A DNA stretch of 63,872 nucleotides, counting the filler, from Octopus bimaculoides (Eukaryota): NCBI RefSeq assembly GCF_001194135.2. It is 5 parts of 5 records of this genome, joined end to end, with 100 filler letters (N's around TTAATTAATTAA, not from the genome) between each part and the next. Parts side by side here need not be neighbours in the genome. Positions count along the whole stretch, not along the records: positions 36,263 to 50,345 come from NC_068989.1; positions 50,446 to 58,370 come from NC_069001.1; 3 more parts are not named here. One strand, 5' to 3'. The notes under the pieces were generated by a model. That model made no database searches, had not been told where the DNA came from, and worked only from the letters and a program-made list of their open reading frames with translations. Shown one piece after another: positions 41,485 through 53,655 of the stretch (position 1 is the stretch's first letter; each line of letters opens with the position of its first letter). The position numbers and the translations under genes were made by a program.

Positions 41485-41738
41485 TAGGCCTGACTATGTG
41501 GTAAGAAGTTTGCTTCCCAACTACATGGTTTTGTCTCTGTGTGTTGTCATTTCTGTCTCCCACCACCCACTTAACTGGTGTTGGTGTATTTACATCCCCA
41601 TAACTTAACAATTTGGCAAAAGAGACTGATAGACTAAGTACCAGGCTTTAAAAAAAATAAGTACTGAGGTTGATTCATTCTACTGAAACTCAAGATGGAG
41701 CTCCAGCATGGCAGCAGCCTGTCTGAAACAAATAAGAT
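41485..41738 (+). mobile_element. SINE family A, internally deleted
   Basis: Head start gtggtaagaagtttgcttccc joins the tail ending ctccagcatggc...ctgaaacaaataag. Confidence 0.75.
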
Positions 41739-41809
41739 ATAAATGACTAGCATATTGGAAGAAAAATGCAAAATATGTTGTATAGAAATTTGTTATTCTA
41801 AAATCAATT

Positions 41810-41944
41810 CATTCTTTAATTGGGAAATCAATTCTGAATTCACTTGTGACCGGGTTTAGTGGTAACTTAAAAGCAAAATGAGCTGTTTGTCCTCTTGGGA
41901 AAATGGTGGCAGCAAAGCCAGACAATGGTACAGCAACTGCTTTT

Positions 41945-41976
<32 letters not shown>

Positions 41977-42225
41977 CTGTTGCTTGACTTTGGAAAGAAG
42001 CAATGTTACAAATATTTTACCTTTGGAGAGAAGCAATGTGACAAATATTTTACCTGTGTCACCAGGAGCATCAAGAAAGACCCTGTTCTTCAATTCAGCT
42101 GGGGAATTCACTATGATAGCAATATGGGCCAAACTGATATCACCATTTCCATCAAATGGTACTTTCCCATTTTGTAATTGGAGGAGCCAGGTTGAAAACT
42201 GTTATGCACATTGGTCTCCATGTAA
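41810..42225 (-). mobile_element. Helitron RepHel (PIF1-like SF1 helicase) pseudogene fragment, rearranged
   Basis: Reads LHGDQCA*QFSTWLLQLQNGKVPFDGNGDISLAHIAIIVNSPAELKNRVF|LDAPGDTGKIFVTLLLSK...AVAVPLSGFAATIFPRGQTAHFAFKLPLN. This includes the Walker A DAPG.TGK and S.G.AA....G.TAH..FKLP motifs. Confidence 0.8.
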
Positions 42226-42683
42226 TGAAGGAGAATTTCAGTACTTTATTCCATAGATGTGAAGATTTAATGCATGCTTTTCTTTCATCAGATACATATG
42301 CATGCAATATCAAAGATCAGATGAAATAGACGTGTGTGTGAGAGAGAGAGAGAGTGCCACTTAGACATCACTCTCTCTCCCACACACATACATACCAAAA
42401 AGATGGATGCATGTGTGTTTATGTATGTACGAATACATGACAACACACCCCTTCACTCACTCACACACACAGACACACAACCCATACATAAATGTATACA
42501 AATGTACATACAAAAACATATGCATTGAGCTGAACACGGCATAAAAAAGAAAATTAAAAAAATTTATGTAAACTAACGAAGTGTGTGAGTTCCAGCAGAA
42601 TAATGTCCATATTTGTTGGATGCCCCATGTTGAATTGCAAAATTTTAACGTGATATTTGTGTAATAAAGAAATCAAACCTGGA

Positions 42684-42718
<35 letters not shown>

Positions 42719-43004
42719 AACATTGCAAACAATGAATAATATGGACATGGAAAGAAAAAAAATCATATGAATAAAAGCATGTTGAAAACTATCTTGTACC
42801 GAATATTTAAATTTGTGAACTTAGTAAATATTTCTTTCAGTAATTTATCGTAGTTGTTTACAAATAGGAAATTAAAACTTGAAATAAAAACATTAAAATT
42901 AGACAGGGACAGACTTCGCCGTTTTTATGTCAATACCACAAGTTGACATTGACAAGCCTTTTTAAAGAAGTGAATCTAATCTAATAATATTCCAAGGAAT
43001 ATTT

Positions 43005-43290
43005 GTAGAGAATTTCATTAAAAAATATCCATTTTCTTGAAAGTTAAGATGAATTGAAGTAGACTCCAATAAATTTTCAGAAATTCTCTGCCCCCTCCTA
43101 AGACACTTAGTAGAGAATTTCATTTAAAAATATCCATTTTCTGGACAGTTAAGACGAATTAAAGTAGACTCCGGTGAATTTTCAGAAAATACCCACCCCT
43201 TCCTAAAACACTTACCCCACAAAATTTTGTATATACGTAGAAAATTTTATGAAAAAAATAACCATTTTTCTGTAAGTTATGATCATTGAA
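43005..43290 (+). repeat. 105-bp tandem duplication plus a partial third unit
   Basis: gtagagaatttcatt..aaaatatccattttct starts at 43005 and 43110, and in degenerate form at 43237. Confidence 0.85.
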
Positions 43291-43563
43291 ATTTGGTGGG
43301 TGGGGGGACAGAAATCTGTAGTTCCGCCAACAAATTTGACACTTTCCTTCTACACGTGGTTGTCAAGCAATGGTGGGGGTGCACACACACATATACATAT
43401 ACATACATATGTTATTATTTGTATATTCTCCTACATATATACATAAATATACAGTGAATGAAGTATAAGGATTTTGGTCCTCATCTCTTTTATATATATA
43501 TTTATACATATATATACATACACATATATATATGTACATATATACACACACATACATATATAT

Positions 43564-43858
43564 GTTGTTGTTGGCATTCCGTCGCTTACGACGTCGAGGG
43601 TTCCAGTTGATCCGATCAACGGAACAGCCTGCTCGTGAAATTAACGTGCAAGTGGCTGAGCACTCCACAGACACGTGTACCCTTAACGTAGTTCTCGAGG
43701 ATATTCAGCGTGACACAGTGTGACAAGGCTGACCCTTTGAATTACAGGCACAACAGAAACAGGAGGTAAGAGTGAGAGAAAGTTGTGGTGGAAGAGTACA
43801 GCAGGGTTCGCCACCATCCCCTGCCGGAGCCTCATGGAGCTTTAGGTGTTTTCGCTCA
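43564..43858 (-). mobile_element. SINE family B (core B + tail 2), CpG-rich copy cut by an N gap
   Basis: Reverse complement of the 40390-40620 sequence, with a longer tail ending in (CAA)n. Confidence 0.85.
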
Positions 43859-44082
43859 NNNNNNNNNNNNNNNNNNNNNNNNNNNNNNNNNNNNNNNNNN
43901 NNNNNNNNNNNNNNNNNNNNNNNNNNNNNNNNNNNNNNNNNNNNNNNNNNNNNNNNNNNNNNNNNNNNNNNNNNNNNNNNNNNNNNNNNNNNNNNNNNNN
44001 NNNNNNNNNNNNNNNNNNNNNNNNNNNNNNNNNNNNNNNNNNNNNNNNNNNNNNNNNNNNNNNNNNNNNNNNNNNNNNNNNN

Positions 44083-44113
<31 letters not shown>

Positions 44114-45366
44114 CGTATATAAACGTATACAAATACACATTGAAAGTAATATATATAGATACATAATGAAAGTAATTGAAATTGAAACCATATATTGGTG
44201 GAAGCATTAACAGAGATGCTTTCTTTTACTTTTTACACGTAATACGGAAACAGACTAAGAGATTGCTCTGGGCTCATATTAGGCAAGAAGTATTTTGGCC
44301 CATTACACCGCATGGACTAAGGCATGTGTAAAATGTGAACGAGATTTGTTCGGTAGTTCTCCAGTTTTAGTGATGTACAGAGACAGACAAATACATATTC
44401 TCAGTTTTATAAATAGATGATACTTTGATATACCCAGTTACTCCTTTTGTCATTTTTCTGTCTACATTCTCTGTACATTTTCATTGCTTACAGCCTACTG
44501 GTACAGTTCTTTGAATTAATTTTTTTTATTCCTATAAACTTCTTTTTTTCTCTTGCTCTCAACCTTCTTTTCAACATATATTTATCCCCGTCCTTCCTTG
44601 TCCACCTTGCTTTTTGTGTGCACTATTTCAAATCCCCTTTTCATTTCTCAATATTCTTGCCAACACCTACTTCTTCTCTGTTCCACCTTCACCTTTTGCA
44701 TGCACCTATTCAACTGACTTGGGTATTACTACTTACATTAATTAGACAGTACTCTCTTTCACAATGTACAGCTCTCACCTTTCAACATCTCTCCACTTCT
44801 TTTATATTCTCATTTCCATTCTTGCATCCACTACAATTTGCCATTATAGAACACTGCTATTTTCCTTAGATTCTAGTGTTTTACTATTTGATGTGGTTTT
44901 CTTGTCTAATACTGCCACTTTTGATTTAACTAGAAAAGTATACTATAGTACATTGTCCTTACTTAAGACAACTACAAAAGGGCCACCAAATGGAAGTGAA
45001 AGCAGTAATGCAAAAAAGGATTCTGTTGGATGGATAGTGAACAAGTTTTACAAAGGTTATGCAGGAGAAAAACTCATCCATATTGCAAAGACATTAACAA
45101 TACATGACAAAGGCAAAATTAGGTTGAGTGCTCAAACAGCTACTCAGTTAAAGGCTGACATTGTGAATTTTTTTTTTCATAAGATTTGATGACTTAATAT
45201 GAAATAGCTTCTGAGTGTGGATCTATGATCAGAATGAACTTAGTGTGCTGATCGGCATGATAGTCCTTCAAGTGAAAACTAAAAGTTTGTATGATGATTT
45301 GCAGACAGAGGAAGCACAATTCCTGATGCAAAACCTTTTCTGGCTAGTAAAACTGGTTTGAAACAT

Positions 45367-45560
45367 TTAACCCATTTGTTATCATATTTCTATTGAAATT
45401 ACTGATTTTGTTTCAATTAACTTTGAAAATAATCAAGAATTTTGTTAAATAACTTTGTCAATTAAGCTGGTGTTTGGAGCATAGATTAACACAATGTTAA
45501 TGGAAGGTTTTAATTTAGGTCACTTGAAAACCAGAAGTTTGTGTCATAGAACCAGGGGCA
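45367..45560 (-). mobile_element. piggyBac-type MITE, degenerate
   Basis: Starts TTAAcccatttgttatc and aligns to the reverse complement of 47166-47391. Confidence 0.6.
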
Positions 45561-45669
45561 ATATCAAGAAGGTTGAGGAGTTCCTTAATTTGTACAACAT
45601 TAAAATGACCAGTGCTCTACAGAAGCTGCTCCTGTTTCTTCTGAGGACCTATAGGAGGGGCTACACACT

Positions 45670-46190
45670 AGAACAAAAGTCCAAGGACTTTCAAGAATTA
45701 TTTTAAGTTCAATCTGTCTGATTTGGTATTCAAATAAGAGGTCTTGGATGACAATAAGCCCTTTCCAAAACTGGTTTACAAACTGTTTTTGTGCTACCTA
45801 CTGCAGAAAGTATAGTGCCAGGTGAAATACCTCCAGTAAAATTTTACTCCTTTTAGACATGCACCAAGCCTCCCACTGAACTTAAATGATCTTTCTGATA
45901 AGTGAGAATGGAATATATCTCCAAGAACAATAAATAAATTAATGTGTAATAGTTAATATCAAATATTATCTCAGAACATTGCAACAACTCAGAAAAGTCA
46001 TTGATAAAGATATTAAAGCTGCAGTTGAAGATTTCTGGAAAAAGTTCAAAATAATAGATGCTATGGATAGCATAACGGAGATCTGGGCTATGAATAGTGT
46101 TTAGAAAACATGGGCAGACTGTATTTGTGACTTTACTGATTTTTCCCCTGCAGAAACAAAAATTACTGGAGGAGTTCAAACTAGGCTTAG
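45670..46190 (+). mobile_element. Tigger/pogo DDE transposase remnant
   Basis: Pieces: KSPRTFKN, IWYSNKRSWMTISPFQNWFTNCF...KILLLLD, and KYYLRTLQQL...EDFWKKFKIIDAMDSI...WADCICDFTDF. Confidence 0.75.
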
Positions 46191-46276
46191 TTCTAACATA
46201 ACTGTACAAAAGAAAATGGTGCACCATAAATTTGGGTAAGTTCTTCACCTTTAGACCAGATGCTGATGATCTACAG

Positions 46277-48263
46277 CAGATGTCACTAAACTATAACCTG
46301 CGAGGTCAGTTCATCTGGCCCACTGCCACAATCTACCTTTTGTGTAAGTACCTGCATTGAGAGTCCATTTCTACAGCAATCATGTTTTAACTTACATTGC
46401 AGAGTTTAAACATTTTGTTGTAGAATGTTTGCTGAAAATGAATGTCACTCATACAAGTTACAAAATAGTGCATGAGATAGCTGAACGAAGGAAACCATTT
46501 ACTGACAGCAACTTCATCAAAGAGTGTATGAAGAAAGCAGCAAATGACTTGTGTCCTGAAAAAGCCAATTTGTTTGGAAGTATCAGCCTTTCAGCAAGTT
46601 CAGTTGTGCAGAGAACAGAAGAACTTGGAGAGAATATAGTGCTACAGATATGTGAGAAAGCTAAGAACTTATTGTGGTATTCTCTGGTACTGGATAAGTC
46701 TATTGATCTCTTCAATATATCACAACTTCTTGTGTTCATTTGGATTTTCAGATCACAGAAGAGTTGGCATCCATTTGCAGCATGCATGGATCAACTGGAG
46801 AAGACATTTTTATGGAAGTACAGAAAACTTTGCAGCTTCGATAGTTGATGGAGGGAAAAACATGGCTGGAGTGAGGAAGTGTCTGGTGGGGCAGATCAGT
46901 ACTAAGTTGGAAGATCTTCAACTCCCGGGCACTCTATTTATACATTGCATTATACATCAGCACGAATGAATTGAACTTGAAACTTCAGGGAAAGGATAAC
47001 CTTATCTATGATCTCTACAGAATCATCAAAGGATTTCAGAGAAAGTTATCATTGTTTTAAGCACAACTGGAAGGAAGAAACATCTCTTATTTTCAGTGTT
47101 TCAAAGAGTTTTGCACTGGAATCACAGAAGATGTCAGCTTCAAGTTTCTGAAAATTATTCATGACAACCCTTTCGTTACCAACCTGACTGAAACCGGCTC
47201 TACCTCTGAGTGCAAATGTCTTGTTTTCATAAGTTTTGACTTAAAATCTTCCACCAAACCTTAGTCACAATTTATGTTCCTAACACAAGCTGAATGATAA
47301 CTAAGTTATTTTACTAAATTCTTTGTTATATTTAAAGTAATTGAAAGAAACACAGAGCATCTCAAAATAAATACAGTAATGAAAGGGTTAAATAAGCACT
47401 TTTTGGAGAGATTTTCAGATCTCGGCAGAATTGAGAGTGACATTCTTCTGTTCCAGAATCCATCTGATTGTAACCTTGATGATATGTCAGTTGAACTACA
47501 GTTGGTGCTCATTGATTTGCAAGCAAATGACTTGTTGAAAGAGAATCACAGAGAAAAAAAACTTGTTGAATTTTATTGCTGCTTACTTGATGATGAGTTT
47601 TCAAAGTTGAGGAAATTTGCCTCTAGTATTGCATCAGTGTTTGAAACAACTTATGTCTGTGAGCAAACATTTTCAAAAATGAAGTATGTGAAATCAGCAC
47701 ATTGAACGAAGTTGACTGATGAACATTTGAAAGCAATTCCAAAGCAAATGATGATATCTTAAAAGCTAAACACCAATTTCACAAATCTCAGTAACCTTTT
47801 ACGCTACTTAGTTTGTGAGATTTGGATATGTGCACACTAGGTGTGTCTTGCAAACAACTTGCACATGCAAGTGCTACCAGTCAAGAACTCCGTATACCGG
47901 AAGCCAGCAAGTGTATGGGGTCTTCAGGAGAGAATGCGCGCCGTTTCGGGGCCTACCTCTCGACGGCATCAATGCGCACCGCCCCCCCCCTCCTCACTGA
48001 TATGAGGCCCCGCTTGCTAGATCAACTGATTATTAAACAAAGCTCAATATTTCTCTAGCCATCGCTCATCGTCTCTTTTTAACCAAATCCAGTGGCTATT
48101 ATTATTATTATTAAAGTTGCCTTCTTTGATAACTTTTTGGTAAATAAATATGTTGATTGTCTTTATTTCTTTGTGTATTCATTGAATTGAACAAAATGAT
48201 TATGCAGCCCGTACTCATCATTCTATTATCTGGCCTGCTGTGAAAAAAGTTTGGTGGCCCCTA
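46277..48263 (+). mobile_element. hAT DNA transposon (GTF2IRD2/Charlie/SPIN-like), decayed near-full element
   Basis: N-terminal pieces SYKIVHEIAERRKPFTDSNFIKECM...ISLSASSV...YSLVLDKSID, DGGKNMAG and IHCIIHQ. C-terminal dimerisation piece FETTYVCEQTFSKMKYVKS. Degenerate TIRs CAGATGTCACTAAACT (46277) and AGTTTGGTGGCCCCTA (48248-48263). Confidence 0.85.
47166..47391 (+). mobile_element. piggyBac-type MITE inserted in the hAT ORF
   Basis: TIRs aaccctttcgttac (47166-47179) and gtaatgaaagggtt (47376-47389) match 13/14. The right flank is TTAA. Confidence 0.75.
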
Positions 48264-49826
48264 ACTGGAAATAGTATTGCTCTTCCTCCTTACACCTCCC
48301 CACTGCACCACCTCCAACATCTGTTGTAAGGAGTACATACCCAACTATAATATTACTATATTATTTATTCCCTTATGTAATTTCTCTTATACTGTGTGTA
48401 CTTAAAACTTATTTTCATGTATAAATGTAGTTGTACTTCGTTCATCAGAATGCATTTCAATATATAACATGGATGTCAGTGGGAAAATAGGTTGGTGTTA
48501 CAGAATTCTTGTTGCAGCAAGATTTTCAAGAAGGCAATAACATAGCGATTCCCAGTATTCTTTAAAAAAGAATGCACCAATATTTAAAATATTTCATGAT
48601 GTTTTTGGGGGGGAAAGGGTCTGTACCTATAGACTTCATAAGGGTTTCTGAAATTGGTGAAACCAATCTGGTTAATGTTCATCTTGAACAGAAAGGAATT
48701 GCAAAAGAGCAACTTTCTGGAAAAAATGGACTTTGTGCCAGGTGGTGGGGTACATATGGGTGATATGAGAAGATATGAGCAAGTTGGGAGTACCTAGATG
48801 TAGGCAGCACAAGACCAGCCAGTACCAAGTAGCAACAGCTACTGTTGTATGAAAGGAGGAGACTTCACATCTGTGAGCTTGAAGCTGGAGTGTATTGATG
48901 AGTAACATGATGTTGATTAGTTGAGTGGACATACTTTGGATATAGTCTAAGATGTTTCTGTGTATAGTAGCACCATCCCAGCTAATTTGATTGCAGGAAT
49001 GAAAAATGGTTTGAGGTCACTTTTTATGTTTATTACAGAAATAGTTGAAGAAAATAAAATATATCCAAACTTAAAGCCCTTTATTTTGCTCTTGATATAT
49101 GGGTTAAGGCAGTGAATTACAGGATTCGTTTGGCACCAAACAAATTACTTTAAAATTTGTAGTAAGTATTGTATTCAGATTCCAGGGTTAATAAAGTGCA
49201 TAACAAGACTATACTTAGTCAATTTCAGGTTGTATCCTTGCACCAAGCCAAAATAGAGTGATATGAGAAATGTGTACTTTTTCTGATAGACAATTATTAT
49301 GACCTCTCAGCACCTATATGCATGTGCACACACACATTCCTATCTGTCTGTGCACACATGCCAACACACAGCCACGCCTACCCATTCACTACAGCTGCTG
49401 ACTTATTGACCTCTGACAGTAACATACACTAACACACATACACACAAACATATATTGACCATTTTCACACTCTCCTGTCCCGGAAACCACTTTCTCCTCC
49501 CATTTCTTGTCAATACAGAAATGTAAATTGTTTGCGATTTTTCCTTCTTTCTCATTTGACTTACCTCTTTCCAATTAAGACCAATGCTTGAAACGTTAAC
49601 GACTCTCTCCTTTCACCAAGTGTCAAATTAATATAATGCTTGTGCACATCCTCACATTTGATTTCTCTTATTTTTCTTTTTTTATGTTTTTTAATTGTTT
49701 GTTCTTTGCATTGATTATATATATATATATTTATATAAAACATATAGTTTTAGGGAAAATAACCAAGTTTCAAGAACTCATTGATGAAAATCCACTATCA
49801 CATATAGAAAAATTAATAATTTTTCG

Positions 49827-50345
49827 TTGATTATGGAATTTACAGGTAGGATTGAGCCACTGTTTTGGAATTCATCTATGAAGGATATCCCCATCCCATC
49901 TAGAAAGGAATATATTTTGAAACTTATTAATAATATTAAGGACTTTATTACTAGAATTAAATGGAAAGCTTATTTTAATAATAATCATAATATTACTAAT
50001 ATTCATGATGTAGATAATTTAGATTATATTAGTTCTAAATTTAAATCTAGAAAAGAACCACCGTATAATAGGGATTTACAGACTTTAGAGGATAGTATTT
50101 GGAAAGTAGTGAAAAATATTAAATTTCATAAATATCCAAATAGACATAATGATTATTTAAGAAATTTAGCCATTAAAATTAAACAATTTAGAAATATGGA
50201 TGGTATTATTGTACAATCTGATAAAACTAGGAACCTATATAAACTAGATGTAAAACTATATGATTATTTATTAGAGAAAGAAATGAATAAAAAATATAAG
50301 ATAGTTCCAGATAATACTTTATATTCGATTAATAAGGCCTTTAAA
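49827..50345 (+). mobile_element. Penelope-like element ORF, N-terminal part, truncated by contig end
   Basis: Open frame containing SMKDIPIPSRKEY...FITRIKWKAYF...FKSRKEPP...IIVQSDKTRNLYKLD, typical of the pre-RT region of Penelope-like elements. Confidence 0.75.
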
Positions 50346-50445
50346 NNNNNNNNNNNNNNNNNNNNNNNNNNNNNNNNNNNNNNNNNNNNTTAATTAATTA
50401 ANNNNNNNNNNNNNNNNNNNNNNNNNNNNNNNNNNNNNNNNNNNN
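50346..50445. other. Artificial scaffold join
   Basis: 44 N + TTAATTAATTAA (50390-50401) + 44 N. Confidence 0.95.
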
Positions 50446-50494
<49 letters not shown>

Positions 50495-50599
50495 GAAATA
50501 TATATATACACACACATGTATATATATGCATATATATATATATATATGTATACATATATATACATATACACATGTGTGTGTGTATGTATATATGTATGC

Positions 50600-50740
50600 A
50601 TATGCAAAGCTCTTAAGCTAATTAAAAAGTAATCTCCGTTATACAATATGCAACTCATAATGTTGGTTTGTAGGGCGTAATACTGTGGCATTTTTGCTGA
50701 GTTTGTGACAATTTAGTAGAGAGGCAAGAATATAATACAA
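50600..50740 (-). mobile_element. Possible Penelope-like GIY-YIG endonuclease remnant
   Basis: Frameshifted NATV and AYCITEITF, reminiscent of YKATV...YIGITE.TFK.R. Heavily decayed. Confidence 0.35.
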
Positions 50741-51828
50741 ATGAGAGAACATTTTATCTACGTTAGGTGTGATTGTATAAAACGACATTAAACTATCTAC
50801 CCACCCTAGGAGTATTGTGGAGAAGCTGATTAAACCGTTATTATTTAGAGAATCAGATAAGAGACTAAATAGACAGGTGAGATATATTTTTTTGATATAA
50901 TTATTAGATAGGTTCCAAATATTCGTTTGCTAATTCTTAGAACCATCATGAAAGTGGTTTTCAGTAAATTAATGTAGAGGTATCGAGAACTAGATGATAG
51001 CGACAACAATATCGATACATGAAGGACAAATCGAAGACAAAATGCAGGCTGAGATTTGTAAACGTGCTAATTGATACTTTTAATTATTGCCTAAATAGAA
51101 GAATTCGTTGATAACCATTATTTTACCCCTGGTGGTTAGCTAAAATAGGGGAGACAATCTTTCCTAGATTAATTTAAGTTGAGGCAGATTTGGAAATTTG
51201 GAATTTACATCAAAGAGTAAAGTAGGTGAACAGAACATACACATATAGTTATTCCGTTTTTATACTTTATAAAGTTCTTAGATTTTCTTGTCATATGTAA
51301 AACATGTATAGCGCTATTTCACCTATCTTTGAAATTGTCAACCCGGCATAACTTGCGACAAATAAATTAAGCTAAATTCAACATTTTTCCGAAGTTAGAC
51401 ATTTCTTATTGAGACAGAATAGTTTATAGTTTAAAAGGTATTGCTTCCATTCTTTTTTTTGTCACTCCATTATTCTTTTATTCTTTTATTCTTTTATTCC
51501 TGTCAATGTTGAGAGACCCCTCCCCGCCTACTTGAAGCAGTTTAGTCGATCAAATTGTTCCCAGCGCTTTATTTAAGTCTGTTATATTCTCTTGGTTTAT
51601 TTCTAATATTTATCATATGACATTATTCGTGCGTGTGAGAGTGTTGTACGTGTGTGCGTGTGTGTGTGTGTGTGTGTGTATGTATACACAAAAAAGTTTT
51701 GTGTGGATATACACATATACATATATATAATATATAATACAATTTTATGAATAATATATGTACTCTCTCTCCTTCTCTCTCCCTCTCTCTCTCTATATAT
51801 ATATATATGTGTGTGTATATATGTGTGC

Positions 51829-51876
<48 letters not shown>

Positions 51877-53624
51877 ATTTGTTTAGTTTAGTAGCTGTAC
51901 TACTGTTTGTAGAGTAGATAAACCCGGTATTTAGACAGGCATTGTCCAAATGGTATTTATTTGGTCGATACCCCGGAGATGAAAGCAAAGTATATATATT
52001 CACTTAAATGTTTAATAAATCATATTTTAAAAAAACAATATATATGCATATATACATACATATATGTGTGTGTACGTGTGTAATTTTGTGTGTATGTGTA
52101 TGTGTGTATATAAATTGATACATATATACATATATGTATATATATCCATATATATACATACATATCTTGCAGAAAGTATGTAAAACATCAAAGCAATTCA
52201 ATCGTTTTGAATAGCATTGATATATTAATTTAAAACAAAAGGTTACATTCCATATACATAAAAATGAAACAAACGAACTCCACAGCCTCTGTTGAACACG
52301 TGAGATAAAATGGAAATGGCGTGTCCCTGAAGAACTGCTGGAGATATCTGTTGAATAAGCTTTGTAACTTTTCAGAATTCCATCCTCAGGCCTGATATCC
52401 TCATCCATGTTTTGTGACATTTTCAACGATTGTGGCTGTGGCAAGCGAATCCTGACCTTCCATACGACATTAAGTTTGGCAACCCTGACTCATTTTCCCT
52501 ACACCGCCTCACACTGTAATACCATTAGGAAACCAGATATCAGGTTCGGCTAGATTTTTACTTTGGCTACATAATAGCATTATGTTGAATTATGAATTCA
52601 GGCATCGCAGTGCTTAGTAGATTCGGATGTGTTGTGTTAGAGTTAACATCTCTGACGAACGCAGAGCTTGAGACGACGTAGAAAAGATGAGCCTATATAG
52701 CCATATCTAATATTGCATGGAAGCTCAGACTTCGCTTGCTGCTAGCCACAACCATTGACAATGTCTTTATATATATATATATATATATATNNNNNNNNNN
52801 NNNNNNNNNNNNNNNNNNNNNNNNNNNNNNNNNNNNNNNNNNNNNNNNNNNNNNNNNNNNNNNNNNNNNNNNNNNNNNNNNNNNNNNNNNNNNNNNNNNN
52901 NNNNNNNNNNNNNNNNNNNNNNNNNNNNNNNNNNNNNNNNNNNNNNNNNNNNNNNNNNNNNNNNNNNNNNNNNNNNNNNNNNNNNNNNNNNNNNNNNNNN
53001 NNNNNNNNNNNNNNNNNNNNNNNNNNNNNNNNNNNNNNNNNNNNNNNNNNNNNNNNNNNNNNNNNNNNNNNNNNNNNNNNNNNNNNNNNNNNNNNNNNNN
53101 NNNNNNNNNNNNNNNNNNNNNNNNNNNNNNNNNNNNNNNNNNNNNNNNNNNNNNNNNNNNNNNNNNNNNNNNNNNNNNNNNNNNNNNNNNNNNNNNNNNN
53201 NNNNNNNNNNNNNNNNNNNNNNNNNNNNNNNNNNNNNNNNNNNNNNNNNNNNNNNNNNNNNNNNNNNNNNNNNNNNNNNNNNNNNNNNNNNNNNNNNNNN
53301 NNNNNNNNNNNNNNNNNNNNNNNNNNNNNNNNNNNNNNNNNNNNNNNNNNNNNNNNNNNNNNNNNNNNNNNNNNNNNNNNNNNNNNNNNNNNNNNNNNNN
53401 NNNNNNNNNNNNNNNNNNNNNNNNNNNNNNNNNNNNNNNNNNNNNNNNNNNNNNNNNNNNNNNNNNNNNNNNNNNNNNNNNNNNNNNNNNNNNNNNNNNN
53501 NNNNNNNNNNNNNNNNNNNNNNNNNNNNNNNNNNNNNNNNNNNNNNNNNNNNNNNNNNNNNNNNNNNNNNNNNNNNNNNNNNNNNNNNNNNNNNNNNNNN
53601 NNNNNNNNNNNNNNNNNNNNNNNN

Positions 53625-53655
<31 letters not shown>

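Noticed and set aside
46357-46848. Domesticated GTF2IRD2-like host gene
   Set aside because: Frameshifts, stops, an inserted MITE and residual TIRs indicate a dead transposon.
52649-52683. Hammerhead-like tct-CTGACGA...GAGACGACGT-aga
   Set aside because: GAAA is mutated and stem II does not pair, so it is too degenerate to claim.
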